Positions 48,998 to 60,398 of a stretch of 64,000 bases of DNA are shown one piece after another. The notes beneath the pieces are model-generated. The model had not been told where the DNA came from. It saw nothing but the letters and a program-made list of their open reading frames with translations, and did no database searches. The stretch's first letter is position 1. Each line of letters begins with the position of its first letter. The stretch is from Takakia lepidozioides (taxonomy: Eukaryota; Plantae; Bryophyta): contig CM060731.1 in the NCBI GenBank assembly GCA_030704615.1, forward strand, positions 95,232,001-95,296,000. The letters run 5' to 3'. Position numbers and translations under genes: made by a program.

Positions 48998-51205
48998 TTA
49001 CTGTTTCCGAGTAGCAACCCTTTGTGAGTGAGCACCTTGTTGACGTTGAGAGTTTCGTGGTGGGCTGTGTGTACGAGCCCGAGGTCTGTCTCTGGTTGAT
49101 GGAGATGGTTGATCACTACCTGGATAAGTGAGGCCTTCTGGAGGTTGATATCGAGGTAATCTTTCCGGCATAGGAGATCCCCTTTGTTTCTTCTCTTCCA
49201 TCTGAATTGCATAGTCTTCTCCCATGTCAAAAGAATTTTGTGAAGAAACAGTTGTATCAGAATCCTCATCGCCTCTCAGGTGTTTTAATTTTCGAACTTT
49301 TTGTGGAATCATCTGGGGCATACAATGCTGTCCTACCATGTCTGGAAGTTTGCATTTTACAACCTGGTGTAACCGTTGAACAGCAAAATTGGTGTAGACA
49401 CTGAGCTCCTTGTCTGTCCAGATGAGTGGGGTACCAATTACTGGTGCCGCGTGCAAGTATTTCCATGCGATATGTCCCTTATAGAAAATGTCATCAAGTC
49501 CGAATTTCTGTGTTGACAAATTGTTGCAGGCTGCTTGAAACCATGAACGAATTTGAGAATCCTTTTGTATCATAACTTTTGGGTCATATAGGTACATATG
49601 AGGTGGCACCGAAGGTAATACCCAATGATCTCCACTGGAGTAACTTTGAAAGCGTGCTTGCATCTTTTGTTGCTCTATGTGGTAACGTATCAGGAAACAA
49701 GCAGCGTAGTATAGCCCGCACCCCATGACAATACTTGCTATCTCCTTGGTCTTGGTATAAATGAGTCCATGTACAACCTGGAAAGCAACCAATTCCCTCA
49801 ACATGGTACCTGCCTCGTGCCAGTATTGTGCAAAGTGATGATCTTCAATATGTCGATTGTTTGGAAGAACTTTAGTCCTGGTTGCCACTGGCAGCCAAAT
49901 ACGCATGATTTGGTAGTAATGTGCGAATGACTGCGGAGGACTAAATTCTTTCCAAGCCAAATCCAACATGATGGGAATTTGGTTGAAGGGCATAATCATA
50001 GCCCTACTGTACTCCCTGGCAGCTGGAGTTTTAGGTGGGTTAAAAGCTGCATTGCCCCATACCTCCGGCTGTGGTGGCTGTGGTGTGGTTGTAGTAACCA
50101 CAGGTTCAGCTACTGGTACACTGACCTGTTGTGGTGGTGGTGGTACTGGTTCCTGTACCATTGGCATCTCCTGCACCTCCTGTGAAGACTGAAAAGCCAG
50201 AGTTCTGGCTTGCAAATAAGAAGCCATTAGCTGTTCCTGAGGGATATAGACTCTTTGGTCGATGTTTGAAGTGAGGTCTTCCACTTGAGTCTGGAGTCCG
50301 TCTACATCCTCTTGTAACTCTGCTATCCTACTATAGACATTGTCTATAGTAGTTGTGGCAATGTTCTGCACCTGCAGTCTGAGCTCATTCATCTCGCTTT
50401 GGGTGAGCTTCCGTGGGCTTTTGCCCTCTACTGGCCCTTGTGCTAACCAGACCTGCATAAGGCTGTTATCCACCAAGCTGCTTGTGGTTCCCCTGAGAGT
50501 TTGCTCCTCTCTTAGCTTATACAATTCCAACTGCTGTTGTAAAGCCTTCATGCGCTTCGCCTGTGGCTCAACCAATTGCGCATAGGCAGCAAGTAGATTA
50601 TTGGCTTCTTTCGAAGCCTTGTTACTGACCGCGATTTCATTTCTATTGGCCACGATGGTTTGTTGCAACTCCACGATGTATTTCTCATTCTCAGCTTCCA
50701 TCTGCCTGTATTGCTTGAAAGTATCTTCATTGCGACAGATTGTATTCTTCATATCGACAATGAGCTTCATGTGCTCCACATTCTCTTCTTCTGCCTTCGT
50801 ACATTTTTCCGCTTGACTGTTTATTTCTTTTGTTGATTGGTCAAGCATAGTTGTAAATGTAGCGCATTGTATCGTCATCCTGTTATGCACTGTCTGCAAC
50901 TCCGTATGTAGTGCATTCAGTTCTTGCAACTTGCTTTCATGCTGCACCTGCATTTGGTATAGCTGTTGCTTATGTGCTTCGTGCAACTGGTCTTGCGCGA
51001 GGCCTGCCTCAATCAATTGTTGCTTGGCCAATTGCAAAGCCATTTCTGTATTGGCCAAGTCCTGCTTCATCTTGAGAGTGACCTCTTCATCGACCTTGTT
51101 TGAACACTCAGTGGCAAGTCGAGCCTCAAACTCCTTCCTGAGTTCTTCTTTCAAGGCTGTCAATTGGGTAATTGGAACATGGGTTTTGACATAAGTCCCC
51201 AACAA
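48998..51205 (-). CDS. Distal part of the extra 3' ORF (long coiled coil plus unknown C-terminal domain)
   Basis: 735 open codons; heptad-rich; conserved with copy A 2730-4660. Confidence 0.75.
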   Translation of the reverse strand: MLGTYVKTHVPITQLTALKEELRKEFEARLATECSNKVDEEVTLKMKQDLANTEMALQLAKQQLIEAGLAQDQLHEAHKQQLYQMQVQHESKLQELNALHTELQTVHNRMTIQCATFTTMLDQSTKEINSQAEKCTKAEEENVEHMKLIVDMKNTICRNEDTFKQYRQMEAENEKYIVELQQTIVANRNEIAVSNKASKEANNLLAAYAQLVEPQAKRMKALQQQLELYKLREEQTLRGTTSSLVDNSLMQVWLAQGPVEGKSPRKLTQSEMNELRLQVQNIATTTIDNVYSRIAELQEDVDGLQTQVEDLTSNIDQRVYIPQEQLMASYLQARTLAFQSSQEVQEMPMVQEPVPPPPQQVSVPVAEPVVTTTTPQPPQPEVWGNAAFNPPKTPAAREYSRAMIMPFNQIPIMLDLAWKEFSPPQSFAHYYQIMRIWLPVATRTKVLPNNRHIEDHHFAQYWHEAGTMLRELVAFQVVHGLIYTKTKEIASIVMGCGLYYAACFLIRYHIEQQKMQARFQSYSSGDHWVLPSVPPHMYLYDPKVMIQKDSQIRSWFQAACNNLSTQKFGLDDIFYKGHIAWKYLHAAPVIGTPLIWTDKELSVYTNFAVQRLHQVVKCKLPDMVGQHCMPQMIPQKVRKLKHLRGDEDSDTTVSSQNSFDMGEDYAIQMEEKKQRGSPMPERLPRYQPPEGLTYPGSDQPSPSTRDRPRARTHSPPRNSQRQQGAHSQRVATRKQ

Positions 51206-51219
51206 ATTAAGTGTCCTGC

Positions 51220-54200
51220 CTATGGAATCATCAGCATTGCCTGTTGAGGGTCATCATGGTGAGGTTGCTGCTGTTCCTCCCGATCTTCAACAGTATGATG
51301 TCTCACTAACCATTCAGACCATTGTCCCACCGGATTTTCTTCCTGAACTACTTCATTTATGACCGGTGCTACAGTGTCATGGCCTTCCGCCTGTGGTACC
51401 TCCGACACAGGTGTGTGCATTATATGTACCTCAGGATTTCTCTTGGGCAACTGTTGCACCTCTGGGATTTCTGTCTGCTTGACCAGACCAGAATATTCAT
51501 AGAGAAGGTCCCCTTTCTCTATTTCCGCCACTATCTGTTCTGTAGTTGGAATATCTATCCCTTCACTTTCCAAATCTATTATTTCGGGTTGAGCTGCATG
51601 GATAACTTGTGACCTTGTGACAAGTCGTTCAAGTGGCTGTGTTGGTTGTGATGCAGAAGTAACTTCTTCCTCCCTCTCTGAAGGTCCTGCTTCCAGTAAT
51701 AACATTCTTTTGTGCTGCTGTGCCCCTCCCTGGTCATGAGCTTGGGAAACATTATCATGCGGAATCCGTGAAGCCAGTGGATCCGCCACTACAGTCTTTC
51801 CCCTTCTCTGCCTCTTAGTCTCGGGTTGTGCTGCTAGTCCACCCTCACTGTGTGAAGAGCCTTGCTCTTCCATTGCAGTTGTTTCTGGCTCAAACACTCC
51901 CATTTCCTTCCTTTCTTGTGCATTAAGTATGCCAGAACTAAGGATTATTTGAGCAATGATTGGGCCAGACACTATGATAGGAGATTTTGCGGTAGTACCT
52001 TGTAATCTTTTCATCTCCTCTACCAGTGCGTTGTACATTATGTCCGCCCATGGTACCTCTTGTCCCTTCAAGCCTTTGAGGATTTCCTCTGTGAAGGATC
52101 TGCTCAAATATTGTTGGTTCTGTTTCAGGGCAATCAGAACGTTCAATACTTGGCCTATGTCTTTTAACCCTGGGTACACAGCTTTGGTACAAGCATAACC
52201 CTGAGTTTTAAAGAAACTCCCTTCTTGGAATAAATCCCCTATTTGCAGTCTTTCTCTGTGTTCCTCCACATACACATGACCTTCTGGCAATCGAAACAAT
52301 TGCTGGAGGTATAGGGGAGTAATCATTAATTCAACTCCCTTCACCGTTGTTGTTCCTGTCTTTGGCTCAAAGTTCTGCAAAAATTGTAACATGTACTGTC
52401 TATGGTGTAGTGTCCAATCCATGCTTTGCAATCCTTCCAATCTCAGCTCCTTCAGTATCTTTATCGCCTGTGGGGTAGCCATCGTTTGTTTCTGCAGAAT
52501 TGTGGTGCTCTTCACCCTGATTTCCTCCATTCCTCTCACTCTCTTCATCTTAGACTCACAGAACTGCTTTGGCTGTAACAACTGCAGGAATGCCTGTAGT
52601 GCACAAAGCAGAAACGTATGGTTGCCGCAGAAAGCTATGGGTAATCTCTTGTAAGCCTGCGGGGCTTGCAAGCATTGTTCAAGAGAAAAGCTCTGCTCTT
52701 TCGTTTCGTGTCTCTGCCATTGCGTAAATAATATTGCGAGCGTATAGTCTGTTAGTTCCTCCATAGTTTCCAAGTTATAGCATTTATGGCCTGTCCTGTC
52801 GAGACGCCCGTTACTCAGAACGACGCCGCCTCTTGCGCTTAATTTCCCTCCATTTTCTTGATCATTTCTCTGGTTTTCTATTGGCTGTATCCGCTGTGAC
52901 TGGATTTTAACTTTTATCTTCTTTAGTGGACTTTCCCTGTTGGATAGTCCACTAGGATCACACATGCGACATGAATTCAGTTTTTCTGTACTTGCCGTTC
53001 GTTCTGTTTCCCTTTTTCCGTATTCATTAATGGGCCCGCCTTTCATCCCTTTTGACGGCCGTTCTTGTCCTCTTTCTTTTTGACACCTGTCCTTGCACTT
53101 CATTCTCTGCTGTGTGTCGCACCCTGACCTCCACGTGTCTATTTTTAAATTAATTTCCGTTTCTTCTTCCTTCAGCCATTTTCCTGAAGTTTTTATGTGT
53201 CCACTTGTCACTGATTCTATGGATCGTGTAACTTTAGTAGGCTGTGTTGAGCTGTGACAGGCTGTGTCATACTGTGTTACGCTGTGATAGGCTGTGTTGC
53301 CCTGTGGTAAGCTGTGATAGGCTGTGACACGCTGCGGTAGGTTGTGATAGGCTGTGTCACGTCGTGACGGGCTGTGATAGGCTGTGTCACGCCGTGATGG
53401 GCTGTGATAGGCTGTGACGCCGTGATGGGCTGTGATAGGCTGTGTTGCGCTTGCTGGGCTGTGATAGGCTGTGTCACGCCGTGTTGGGCTGTGATAGGCT
53501 GTATCACGCCGTGATGGGCTGTGATAGGCTGTGTCACGTTTGTTTTGCCCACCCCGGTCATATATACTGGGCCTAGCGACAAGTGTTCCATACTCTGTTC
53601 GTAACACTGGTGCAGCCCGTGACTGCTCTTGCGGTTCAACATGCAAATCATGCTGCAGGGGTTTGTCATGGATACCACTGTACCCCTTCAACTTATTTGC
53701 ATTGACTCTTCCCAGCATTTCTTTGTTAATGGTTTGTAACATGGCTGTGTTGTTATCATACATCTTTTGTATGACATAAGGTCCTTTCCATGGTGATTTA
53801 AGCTTAGAAGCTTGAATCTTTCCTTTCTTCTGCAACCATAGAACCAAATCCCCCGTCTTAAAAGTCTTTAATTTGCCTTCATCAAACTGTTCCTTTCGCT
53901 TCATCTGAATTCTGGTCATATTATCCGCTGCATCAGCACGTACTTCTTCCACATGGTATAATTCATGTTTCCTGACCTTGATGGAGTCTTGCAATTCCAT
54001 TCTTTTTCCCCACTCCGTTCTCATGGTAGGTAACAGGAATTCCACTGGAAGTAAGGCTTCCATACCATAAACTAATTGGAATGGTGTATACTTTGTGGTG
54101 ACTTTATACGAAGTCCTGTATGACCATAAAGCTGTCAGCAGCTTTGTATCCCAATCCGTTCTGTTTGCATTGACTATCTTAGCCAAGATAGTACATAGTA

Positions 54201-55851
54201 TTTTGTTGGTAGCCTCTGCCTGTCCATTACCCTGTGGGTAATATGTTGTACTCTTTCTATGCACAATCATAAACTCTTTAGTCAATAACTCAATGGTCTC
54301 ATTCATGAAGTGACTTCCTTGATCACTGATAAATTCTAAGGGACATCCAAATCGTGTAAGTATGTTCTCGTACAGGAACCTTGCTGTGGACTTGGCTGTG
54401 TTGTCCCTCAAAGCTTTAGCTTCCACCCACTTTGTAGTATAATCAGTGGCTGTAATTATGTACCTGTTTTGTGTATTCTTGGATGGTGGATTAATTGGTC
54501 CAACAAAGTCTAGTCCCCATTTCTGAAATGGTTCCGTAGGCATTGTAGGATGCAAGGCCATTCTTCCAGATCTCTGCAAAGGTCCTAGCCTCTGACATTC
54601 ATCACACTTCTGACAATACTCATGTACATCTTTGAACAAAGTAGGCCACCAGTATCCTGCGAGTAGTATCTTTCTACTGGTAGTCTCTTCTCCAAAATGA
54701 CCTCCAGCCACTCCTTTATGAACTTCCTCCAAGACTTTATTTACTTCATGGTGGTACAAGCATCGTTTTAGTACTCCATCAGGTCCTAACTTATACATTC
54801 TGCTTCCTACCATAGTATAAGGTAAAGCTCTGATAGCAATTCTCTTCCTCTGCTCCTTACCATAACTAGGTGGGCACTGACCATGAGCAAGGTAGTATCT
54901 GATTGGCCACTGCCAATCTAACCATTCATCTGCACTTCCTTGCACCTCCATTACAAATAAACTCGCATCAGGTAACTGATCGTCCACTCCTGTGGCGGCC
55001 TCTCCTGTTGTTAGTCGTGACAAATGATCTGCCACAAGATGCAAACGGCCAGGCTTGTAAATAACCTCGAACTCAAACTCATGCAAGATTATTAACCACC
55101 TCGCTATCCTTCCACTTATCAAAGGTTTGTTCACCAGATATATCAGAGCCTGGTGATCCACATAAAACATAAACTTTCTTCCCAATAGGTAATGCCTGAA
55201 TTTCTTCACTGCATAGATCATTGCCAATGCTTCTCTTTCCGTTGTGCTATAGTTCCTCTCAGCACTGTTCATCAACCGGCTAGCATAGTACACAGGTGAA
55301 TCTATATTCCCTGTAACATTCTGGGCTAACACCGCTCCCAACGCTTCTCCTGATGCATCGCAGTGAACATGAAATACTACATGCCAGTGAGGGTTAATCA
55401 GCACAGGTGTAGTTGTTACTGACAGTGTAAGTTCCTCAAACGCCTGTTGACATTCAGCTGTCCATGCAAACACTGCATCTTTCTTCAGAAGCTTGCTCAA
55501 TGGTGCTGCTATTTGTGCATACCTTTTGACAAATCTTCTGTAATAACTGGTTTGCCCAAGGAATCTCCTTAAACTCTTAACATTCACTGGTGGTGGAGAG
55601 GCTTTAATGGACTCTGTCTTCCTGGGATCCACAAGGAGTCCCTTCTTACACACAATGTGTCCCAGAAGCACCCCTGAGTTCACACAGAAAGTACACTTCT
55701 CTGGGTTCAAGCCCAGACCTCTCATCCTGCATCTGGCCAGGCATAACTCCAATTTATGCAAGTGCTCATTCTTAGAGCTGTACACACTGAAATCATCCAA
55801 AAACACCTGCATGAAATCATCCAGATACTCTTGAAAAGATTCACTTATCAC
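51220..55851 (-). CDS. pol: Pol (RT C-terminal half, RNase H, integrase) read in frame into the extra 3' ORF
   Basis: FLDDF, CDASG, NYSTTEREALA, H..GGHFG..C..C, WGLDFVGP, GNGQAE, WKGPY, then TAYHS repeats and the extra domain without a stop. Confidence 0.92.
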   Translation of the reverse strand: MISESFQEYLDDFMQVFLDDFSVYSSKNEHLHKLELCLARCRMRGLGLNPEKCTFCVNSGVLLGHIVCKKGLLVDPRKTESIKASPPPVNVKSLRRFLGQTSYYRRFVKRYAQIAAPLSKLLKKDAVFAWTAECQQAFEELTLSVTTTPVLINPHWHVVFHVHCDASGEALGAVLAQNVTGNIDSPVYYASRLMNSAERNYSTTEREALAMIYAVKKFRHYLLGRKFMFYVDHQALIYLVNKPLISGRIARWLIILHEFEFEVIYKPGRLHLVADHLSRLTTGEAATGVDDQLPDASLFVMEVQGSADEWLDWQWPIRYYLAHGQCPPSYGKEQRKRIAIRALPYTMVGSRMYKLGPDGVLKRCLYHHEVNKVLEEVHKGVAGGHFGEETTSRKILLAGYWWPTLFKDVHEYCQKCDECQRLGPLQRSGRMALHPTMPTEPFQKWGLDFVGPINPPSKNTQNRYIITATDYTTKWVEAKALRDNTAKSTARFLYENILTRFGCPLEFISDQGSHFMNETIELLTKEFMIVHRKSTTYYPQGNGQAEATNKILCTILAKIVNANRTDWDTKLLTALWSYRTSYKVTTKYTPFQLVYGMEALLPVEFLLPTMRTEWGKRMELQDSIKVRKHELYHVEEVRADAADNMTRIQMKRKEQFDEGKLKTFKTGDLVLWLQKKGKIQASKLKSPWKGPYVIQKMYDNNTAMLQTINKEMLGRVNANKLKGYSGIHDKPLQHDLHVEPQEQSRAAPVLRTEYGTLVARPSIYDRGGQNKRDTAYHSPSRRDTAYHSPTRRDTAYHSPASATQPITAHHGVTAYHSPSRRDTAYHSPSRRDTAYHNLPQRVTAYHSLPQGNTAYHSVTQYDTACHSSTQPTKVTRSIESVTSGHIKTSGKWLKEEETEINLKIDTWRSGCDTQQRMKCKDRCQKERGQERPSKGMKGGPINEYGKRETERTASTEKLNSCRMCDPSGLSNRESPLKKIKVKIQSQRIQPIENQRNDQENGGKLSARGGVVLSNGRLDRTGHKCYNLETMEELTDYTLAILFTQWQRHETKEQSFSLEQCLQAPQAYKRLPIAFCGNHTFLLCALQAFLQLLQPKQFCESKMKRVRGMEEIRVKSTTILQKQTMATPQAIKILKELRLEGLQSMDWTLHHRQYMLQFLQNFEPKTGTTTVKGVELMITPLYLQQLFRLPEGHVYVEEHRERLQIGDLFQEGSFFKTQGYACTKAVYPGLKDIGQVLNVLIALKQNQQYLSRSFTEEILKGLKGQEVPWADIMYNALVEEMKRLQGTTAKSPIIVSGPIIAQIILSSGILNAQERKEMGVFEPETTAMEEQGSSHSEGGLAAQPETKRQRRGKTVVADPLASRIPHDNVSQAHDQGGAQQHKRMLLLEAGPSEREEEVTSASQPTQPLERLVTRSQVIHAAQPEIIDLESEGIDIPTTEQIVAEIEKGDLLYEYSGLVKQTEIPEVQQLPKRNPEVHIMHTPVSEVPQAEGHDTVAPVINEVVQEENPVGQWSEWLVRHHTVEDREEQQQPHHDDPQQAMLMIP
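53240..53540 (-). repeat. ~30-bp tandem repeats (ACACAGCCTATCACAGCCC..) translated in frame as (RRD)TAYHSP
   Basis: About 10 units visible. Confidence 0.85.
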
Positions 55852-58800
55852 TCTCTGAAAGGTCGCTGGTGCATTACAAAGCCAAAGGGCATGACTTTGT
55901 ATGCATAAGCCCCCCAGTCTGTGATGAAAGCTGTTTTCCCTTGGTCTTCTTCTGCCACTTGCACTTGATTATAACCACTGAAGCCATCCATGAATGAGTA
56001 CATCTCATGGCCTGCCACAGTGTCTAATACTGCTTCTGTGAATGGCAAAGGGAAAGGATCTTTCTTCGTACAAGCATTCAGCTTCTTATAGTTCACACAT
56101 ACTCTTAGTTTGCCATTCTTCTTGGGAACTATAACAATGGGTGACAACCAAGTTGTATACTCTATTGGGTATATAAACTTAGCCTCAGCCAACTTCTTTA
56201 TCTCTTCTCCAACCTTCTGTGCGTAGTTGGGATTCATTCTATACCTCGCCTGCTTGATTGGTACTGACCCTGGTTCCAGTTCAATTTTATGCTGACAGAC
56301 TTCAGGTGGTATCCCTTTTAGATCCTCATAGCTCCAAGCAAATACATCTCTGTATTTGATGAACAAGCTTTTTGCTTCTTCGAAGAATTCCGGCTCCAAA
56401 TCAGCTCCTACTTTCACCATCCTCGGTTCCTCCTGAGTTCCCACATTTACTTCTCTCACCTGCTCATCAGCTGTGATTGTCCAACCAGTCACCACTTCAT
56501 CCTGTAAGCTCACAGTGGCTGGTTCTTCTAGGATTTCTATTTCTCCTTCTCTTTCTTCATAGAAATGTGATGGGTAAATGCTGGTTTCTTCTTCAGTTGG
56601 TGTTGCTGTCACTACACCACAGCAGATACCTCTCAAACAACTTAGGCTTTCCAGCCGCATCTCTGCAACCTGCTCCCATTCTGGGTGTGCAGCAAATAGG
56701 GTAGCTTCCTGCTCCTCATCCAGTCCTCCCTTCCAGTCATACTCTCTGACTCCTCGAGGTCTTCTTGTAGCAGGTAATCTACTAGATTTCTTTGTGGTAA
56801 TTTGTATCTCGTGCATCCCATTATGCACAGTTAGTAACTGAGAATTCCAGTCATGGAATACCCTTGCCTGTTTCAGCCACGGACGTCCCAATAATAAGGA
56901 GTAAGCCTCCATGACTTCATCCATTTTTAATACAGTTACTGTGATCATAAAGATCATTTTCTGTATCTGTATCTTAACTCCTCTTATTAATCCCAATGGC
57001 TGTACACTTCTTTGATCTGCCATTGTTACTGTAAATGGGGCTGGTTTCATGTTACTTAGACCAAGCTTCTTCCTTAATTGGTCTGTCATGATATTTACTC
57101 CAGAACCACCATCTATCAGTACATCAGTTAGTTCTGTGCTTCCAATTCTCAATTGGATTACTGGCATAGAATCATCAAAGTCCATGACTGGTTCTCGCCC
57201 TTCCGGCTTCACATTATAACTGGTCACCTTGCTGTTCAGGTCTGTGTTTCCTGTCTCTTGGGCAATTCGATTGATTGCCTGATACAGCCTGTGCCTACAA
57301 TAAGGTGCCACAGCTAATAGCTGTCCAATGGTAATTTCTGCTTTGGTCTGACATATTACTTCAGCCAAAGTCTCTTCATTACTTTGCATGTCTGCATCTT
57401 CTTTTTTCCTTTCTTCCTCACTCCCCTCTTTTTCTCCATCCGAATCAGAGGAATCTGCCACAGGAATATCCGTACTCTTTTGCATTTCCCTTATAGTATC
57501 TGCCACTTCCTTGTGCAGTTCCTTCTCATCCTTCCAAGTCTCTTCATCTTCAGGCATATCATTGCCACTTCCAGTCTCATCTTCTTCCTCTTCTACTGGA
57601 GGTATTAGTTTGGCTTTACTTCTTGTTACTATCATTGTACTTACTTCTGGTACAACACATGGCCTAACCATGTGAGCTGCCACCACTGGGCCCTCATTCA
57701 CAGGAGCTCTCATCTCATTCTGGTGTCTTATCCAGAATGAACAGGCTGCCTTGCGATGTCCTGGCTGATTACAATAGTAACATAGCTCTTCACCATTGGG
57801 TCCTCGCCCTTGGTCTGGTCTTGGATTATTTCTATAATCCTGATTCCCGGGCTGGTAATTCCCCCTTGGATTACCCTGATAGTTGCCTCTGGAATTTCCT
57901 TGGTAATTCCCTCTTGAATTACCTCTCCCTTCCATGCCATTGTTATAACCACCAGACCTACCATAGTGGTCCTGATCATTGCTTCTTCTTGGCTGGGGCT
58001 GCACCTGATGCACCCTCACTTGCCTAGGTTCTCTTGCAGCTGTCCTTCTGTTGTAGTAACAATTCTCAGTAGAATGGTTATCCATTTTACAGATAGTACA
58101 GTGTTTCTCCTTCATGTGGCATTCTGTAGTGGTATGGCCTTCATTCTGGCACTTTGCACACCATACACCCTTCCTCCAATGTGTTGCAGCCTCTGTGGCA
58201 TACTTCTTCAAGATTTCTTCCAATCTTTTCTCATAGTTATCCCTCTTCAACTTTCCTTTCCTTTCTCTTACTCTTTCTTTTTAGTTCTTGCTCTTCTTCT
58301 TCATCTGACTCATCTTCAGAGTCCTCATCTTCCTTTTTCTCTCTCCTGAGCATTCCCAATTGCTCAATTCTGTTTGCAGTTTCAAATGCCTCCTCCACTG
58401 TATTATGGGGTAACATATCCACTTTCTTCTGCAACTCTGGTCTTAGTCCACTCACAAACCAAGTCTTCTGTAAACCGGGTGCTGGTACTGCAGCCAGCTT
58501 TTTCATCATCAATTCCATCTTCTCCATATACTCTTCAACAGTTTCATGCTTCTTCTGCTTCAGCTGTTGTAAACTTCCATACACTTCATCCTCAGTTTTA
58601 CTTGTCCTGAACCTATTTCGAAATGCTGTATTCAAGCCATTCCAGGTTAGGAATGATTATCAGGGAATCTTGCATACCATTCACTTGCTTTCTTGATAAG
58701 TGAACAAGGAAACAGTCTCATCTTGGCATCATCGCCATTCTCATTGTTCACTATACACATGTGCTCAAATTGGCTAATGTGTACATCGGGATCCCCTTTT

Positions 58801-59681
58801 CCTGAATATATTGGAAAGGGTGGTTTTGCCCGTGTTGGTTGTAACGCCATCTGTGGCCCTACCTTCTGCCCACTGACAGGTGCTGGCACCCTTGCTGGTG
58901 CTGGTCCTTCTGGACCTGTTGTTTTTGTGGTGGATCTTCCACCAAGTGGTGGCCCTTGAGCACTCCCTGCTTCTGGCCCCACGATATTCACAGTATTCCC
59001 AGCTTCAGTTGCACTACTTCCCACACTCCCTGTCCCCCCAGAGCCAGATCCAGGCAGCCCGCCTGATCCCCCTGAGCCGACACCTTCGTTGGCCTGTGAT
59101 CCAAGTGCTCCACTTGATCCAGGTCCAACGGGTTGGGATGTCCTGGTTGTAGTCTCAACCTCAGCTGTTGGGTCTACTTCTTCATATTCTTCCTCTTCCA
59201 ATTTCTTCTCTCTGTTTTCATCCTCCAAGTTCTGCCCTTGGGTTTCTTCTTCACTCATGTAACTCAACTGTAATGGTGTTGGAGAGTCTGAACTCTCCGT
59301 TGGCTCTGCCACATCCTCATCTCCTTCTTCATCTTCTGCTTCAGAAACTGGAGTTCCTGCTTTTGGTGTTCCATGCCAACTCTTATCAAAGATTTCTGTC
59401 AAGTCTTTTATCCAAGGATGTACCTCAGATCTTTCACCTCGTGATTGATCTTCTTCCTGTACCAATTCCCTTAATCTTTCTTGCAAAGAAACAGAAGGAG
59501 TGGCATCCAACTCTAGTTCTTCCGGTATAGGTGATGCACTTTTTGATCTTGATGGTGTGAGAGGTCCAGATGATTCCCCTATGTCTATTCCTCTCTCCCA
59601 AAGATATGGATAATTAGCTTTCAGATAGCTTTCTCTTTTTGATGAATATCTTTGTCGTCTAGCTTCTCTTTCATCACTCAT
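55848..59681 (-). CDS. gag: gag (capsid plus three CCHC knuckles), protease and RT N-terminal half, broken by single-base frameshifts
   Basis: ORFs 58647-59681, 58237-58635 and 55848-58250; CAKCQNEGHTTTEC, CTICKMDNHSTENC, CYYCNQPGHRKAAC; LIDGGS; FMDGFSGYNQ. Confidence 0.9.
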
Positions 59682-59702
59682 GTCCCATGTCTTTCATTTC
59701 TT

Positions 59703-60398
59703 TTAATGTGGCAATAACCAAAACTCTCTTCTGTAATATCTCTCGTATATGCCTGGATTTCTTTCAAGCTTCAATGCACCCTTGGCTATACTTGAAGTCT
59801 CCGTTACCATATAACCATATGGCAAACAAGTCTGAAAAGCTGTTCTTGGTGTGAGTTTGATCCACAAAATATCCTTTGGAATCCAATTCTTTACCAGTAC
59901 AAGCTCTTCATGCATATGAGTATAAACATTCACCTTTCTTTCTTCCCAACCTTCAAACTCTACTCGTTTAATGGATAGCAACGCTATCACATAAACTAAT
60001 GTTGGTAACCAACGTGCTCTTCCTCTACAGGCTACCTGATAAATCTTTATCACTCCTTTCTCCAGACCCCATTCTGGATCAGCATCATGCACTCGTTTAA
60101 GAATATTTTCTTTACATCCGTCTGGCAATTCCAAGAACCTTTGAAAGAATTGTTTGGACAATCTTTCTTCCTTCGTTCCACAGGGAATTTGATTCACTTC
60201 AAATTCTTTAATGGTCCAACCACCATGATCCCACCAGATGCCTGTCACATCTGGTTGTTCATGTCCCAGGTCCCCAGTATGGTCGCCAAATGTCGCGCGG
60301 CTTTTACTCACCCATCCCTTCGCTATCCGAGGCGGAAACTCCAAGATAGAAGAGTTGGAAATCTCTAAGTACTCAGCCCGCGCAGAACAATCAGTCAT
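59703..60398 (-). CDS. Extra 5' ORF upstream of gag, unknown function
   Basis: 231 open codons starting in the LTR and crossing the PBS; peptide conserved in fragments in copy C (28324-29015). Confidence 0.5.
   Translation of the reverse strand: MTDCSARAEYLEISNSSILEFPPRIAKGWVSKSRATFGDHTGDLGHEQPDVTGIWWDHGGWTIKEFEVNQIPCGTKEERLSKQFFQRFLELPDGCKENILKRVHDADPEWGLEKGVIKIYQVACRGRARWLPTLVYVIALLSIKRVEFEGWEERKVNVYTHMHEELVLVKNWIPKDILWIKLTPRTAFQTCLPYGYMVTETSSIAKGALKLERNPGIYERYYRREFWLLPH
60270..60290 (-). promoter_or_regulatory. Primer binding site TGGCGACCATACTGGGGAC (tRNA-type, possibly Arg)
   Basis: TGG begins 2 nt after the 5' LTR end; same sequence in copy C; tRNA identity is inferred. Confidence 0.8.

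Noticed and set aside
48998-52763. Calling the extra ORF a true envelope gene
   Set aside because: No clear signal peptide or transmembrane segment is visible; it is mostly coiled coil and low-complexity sequence
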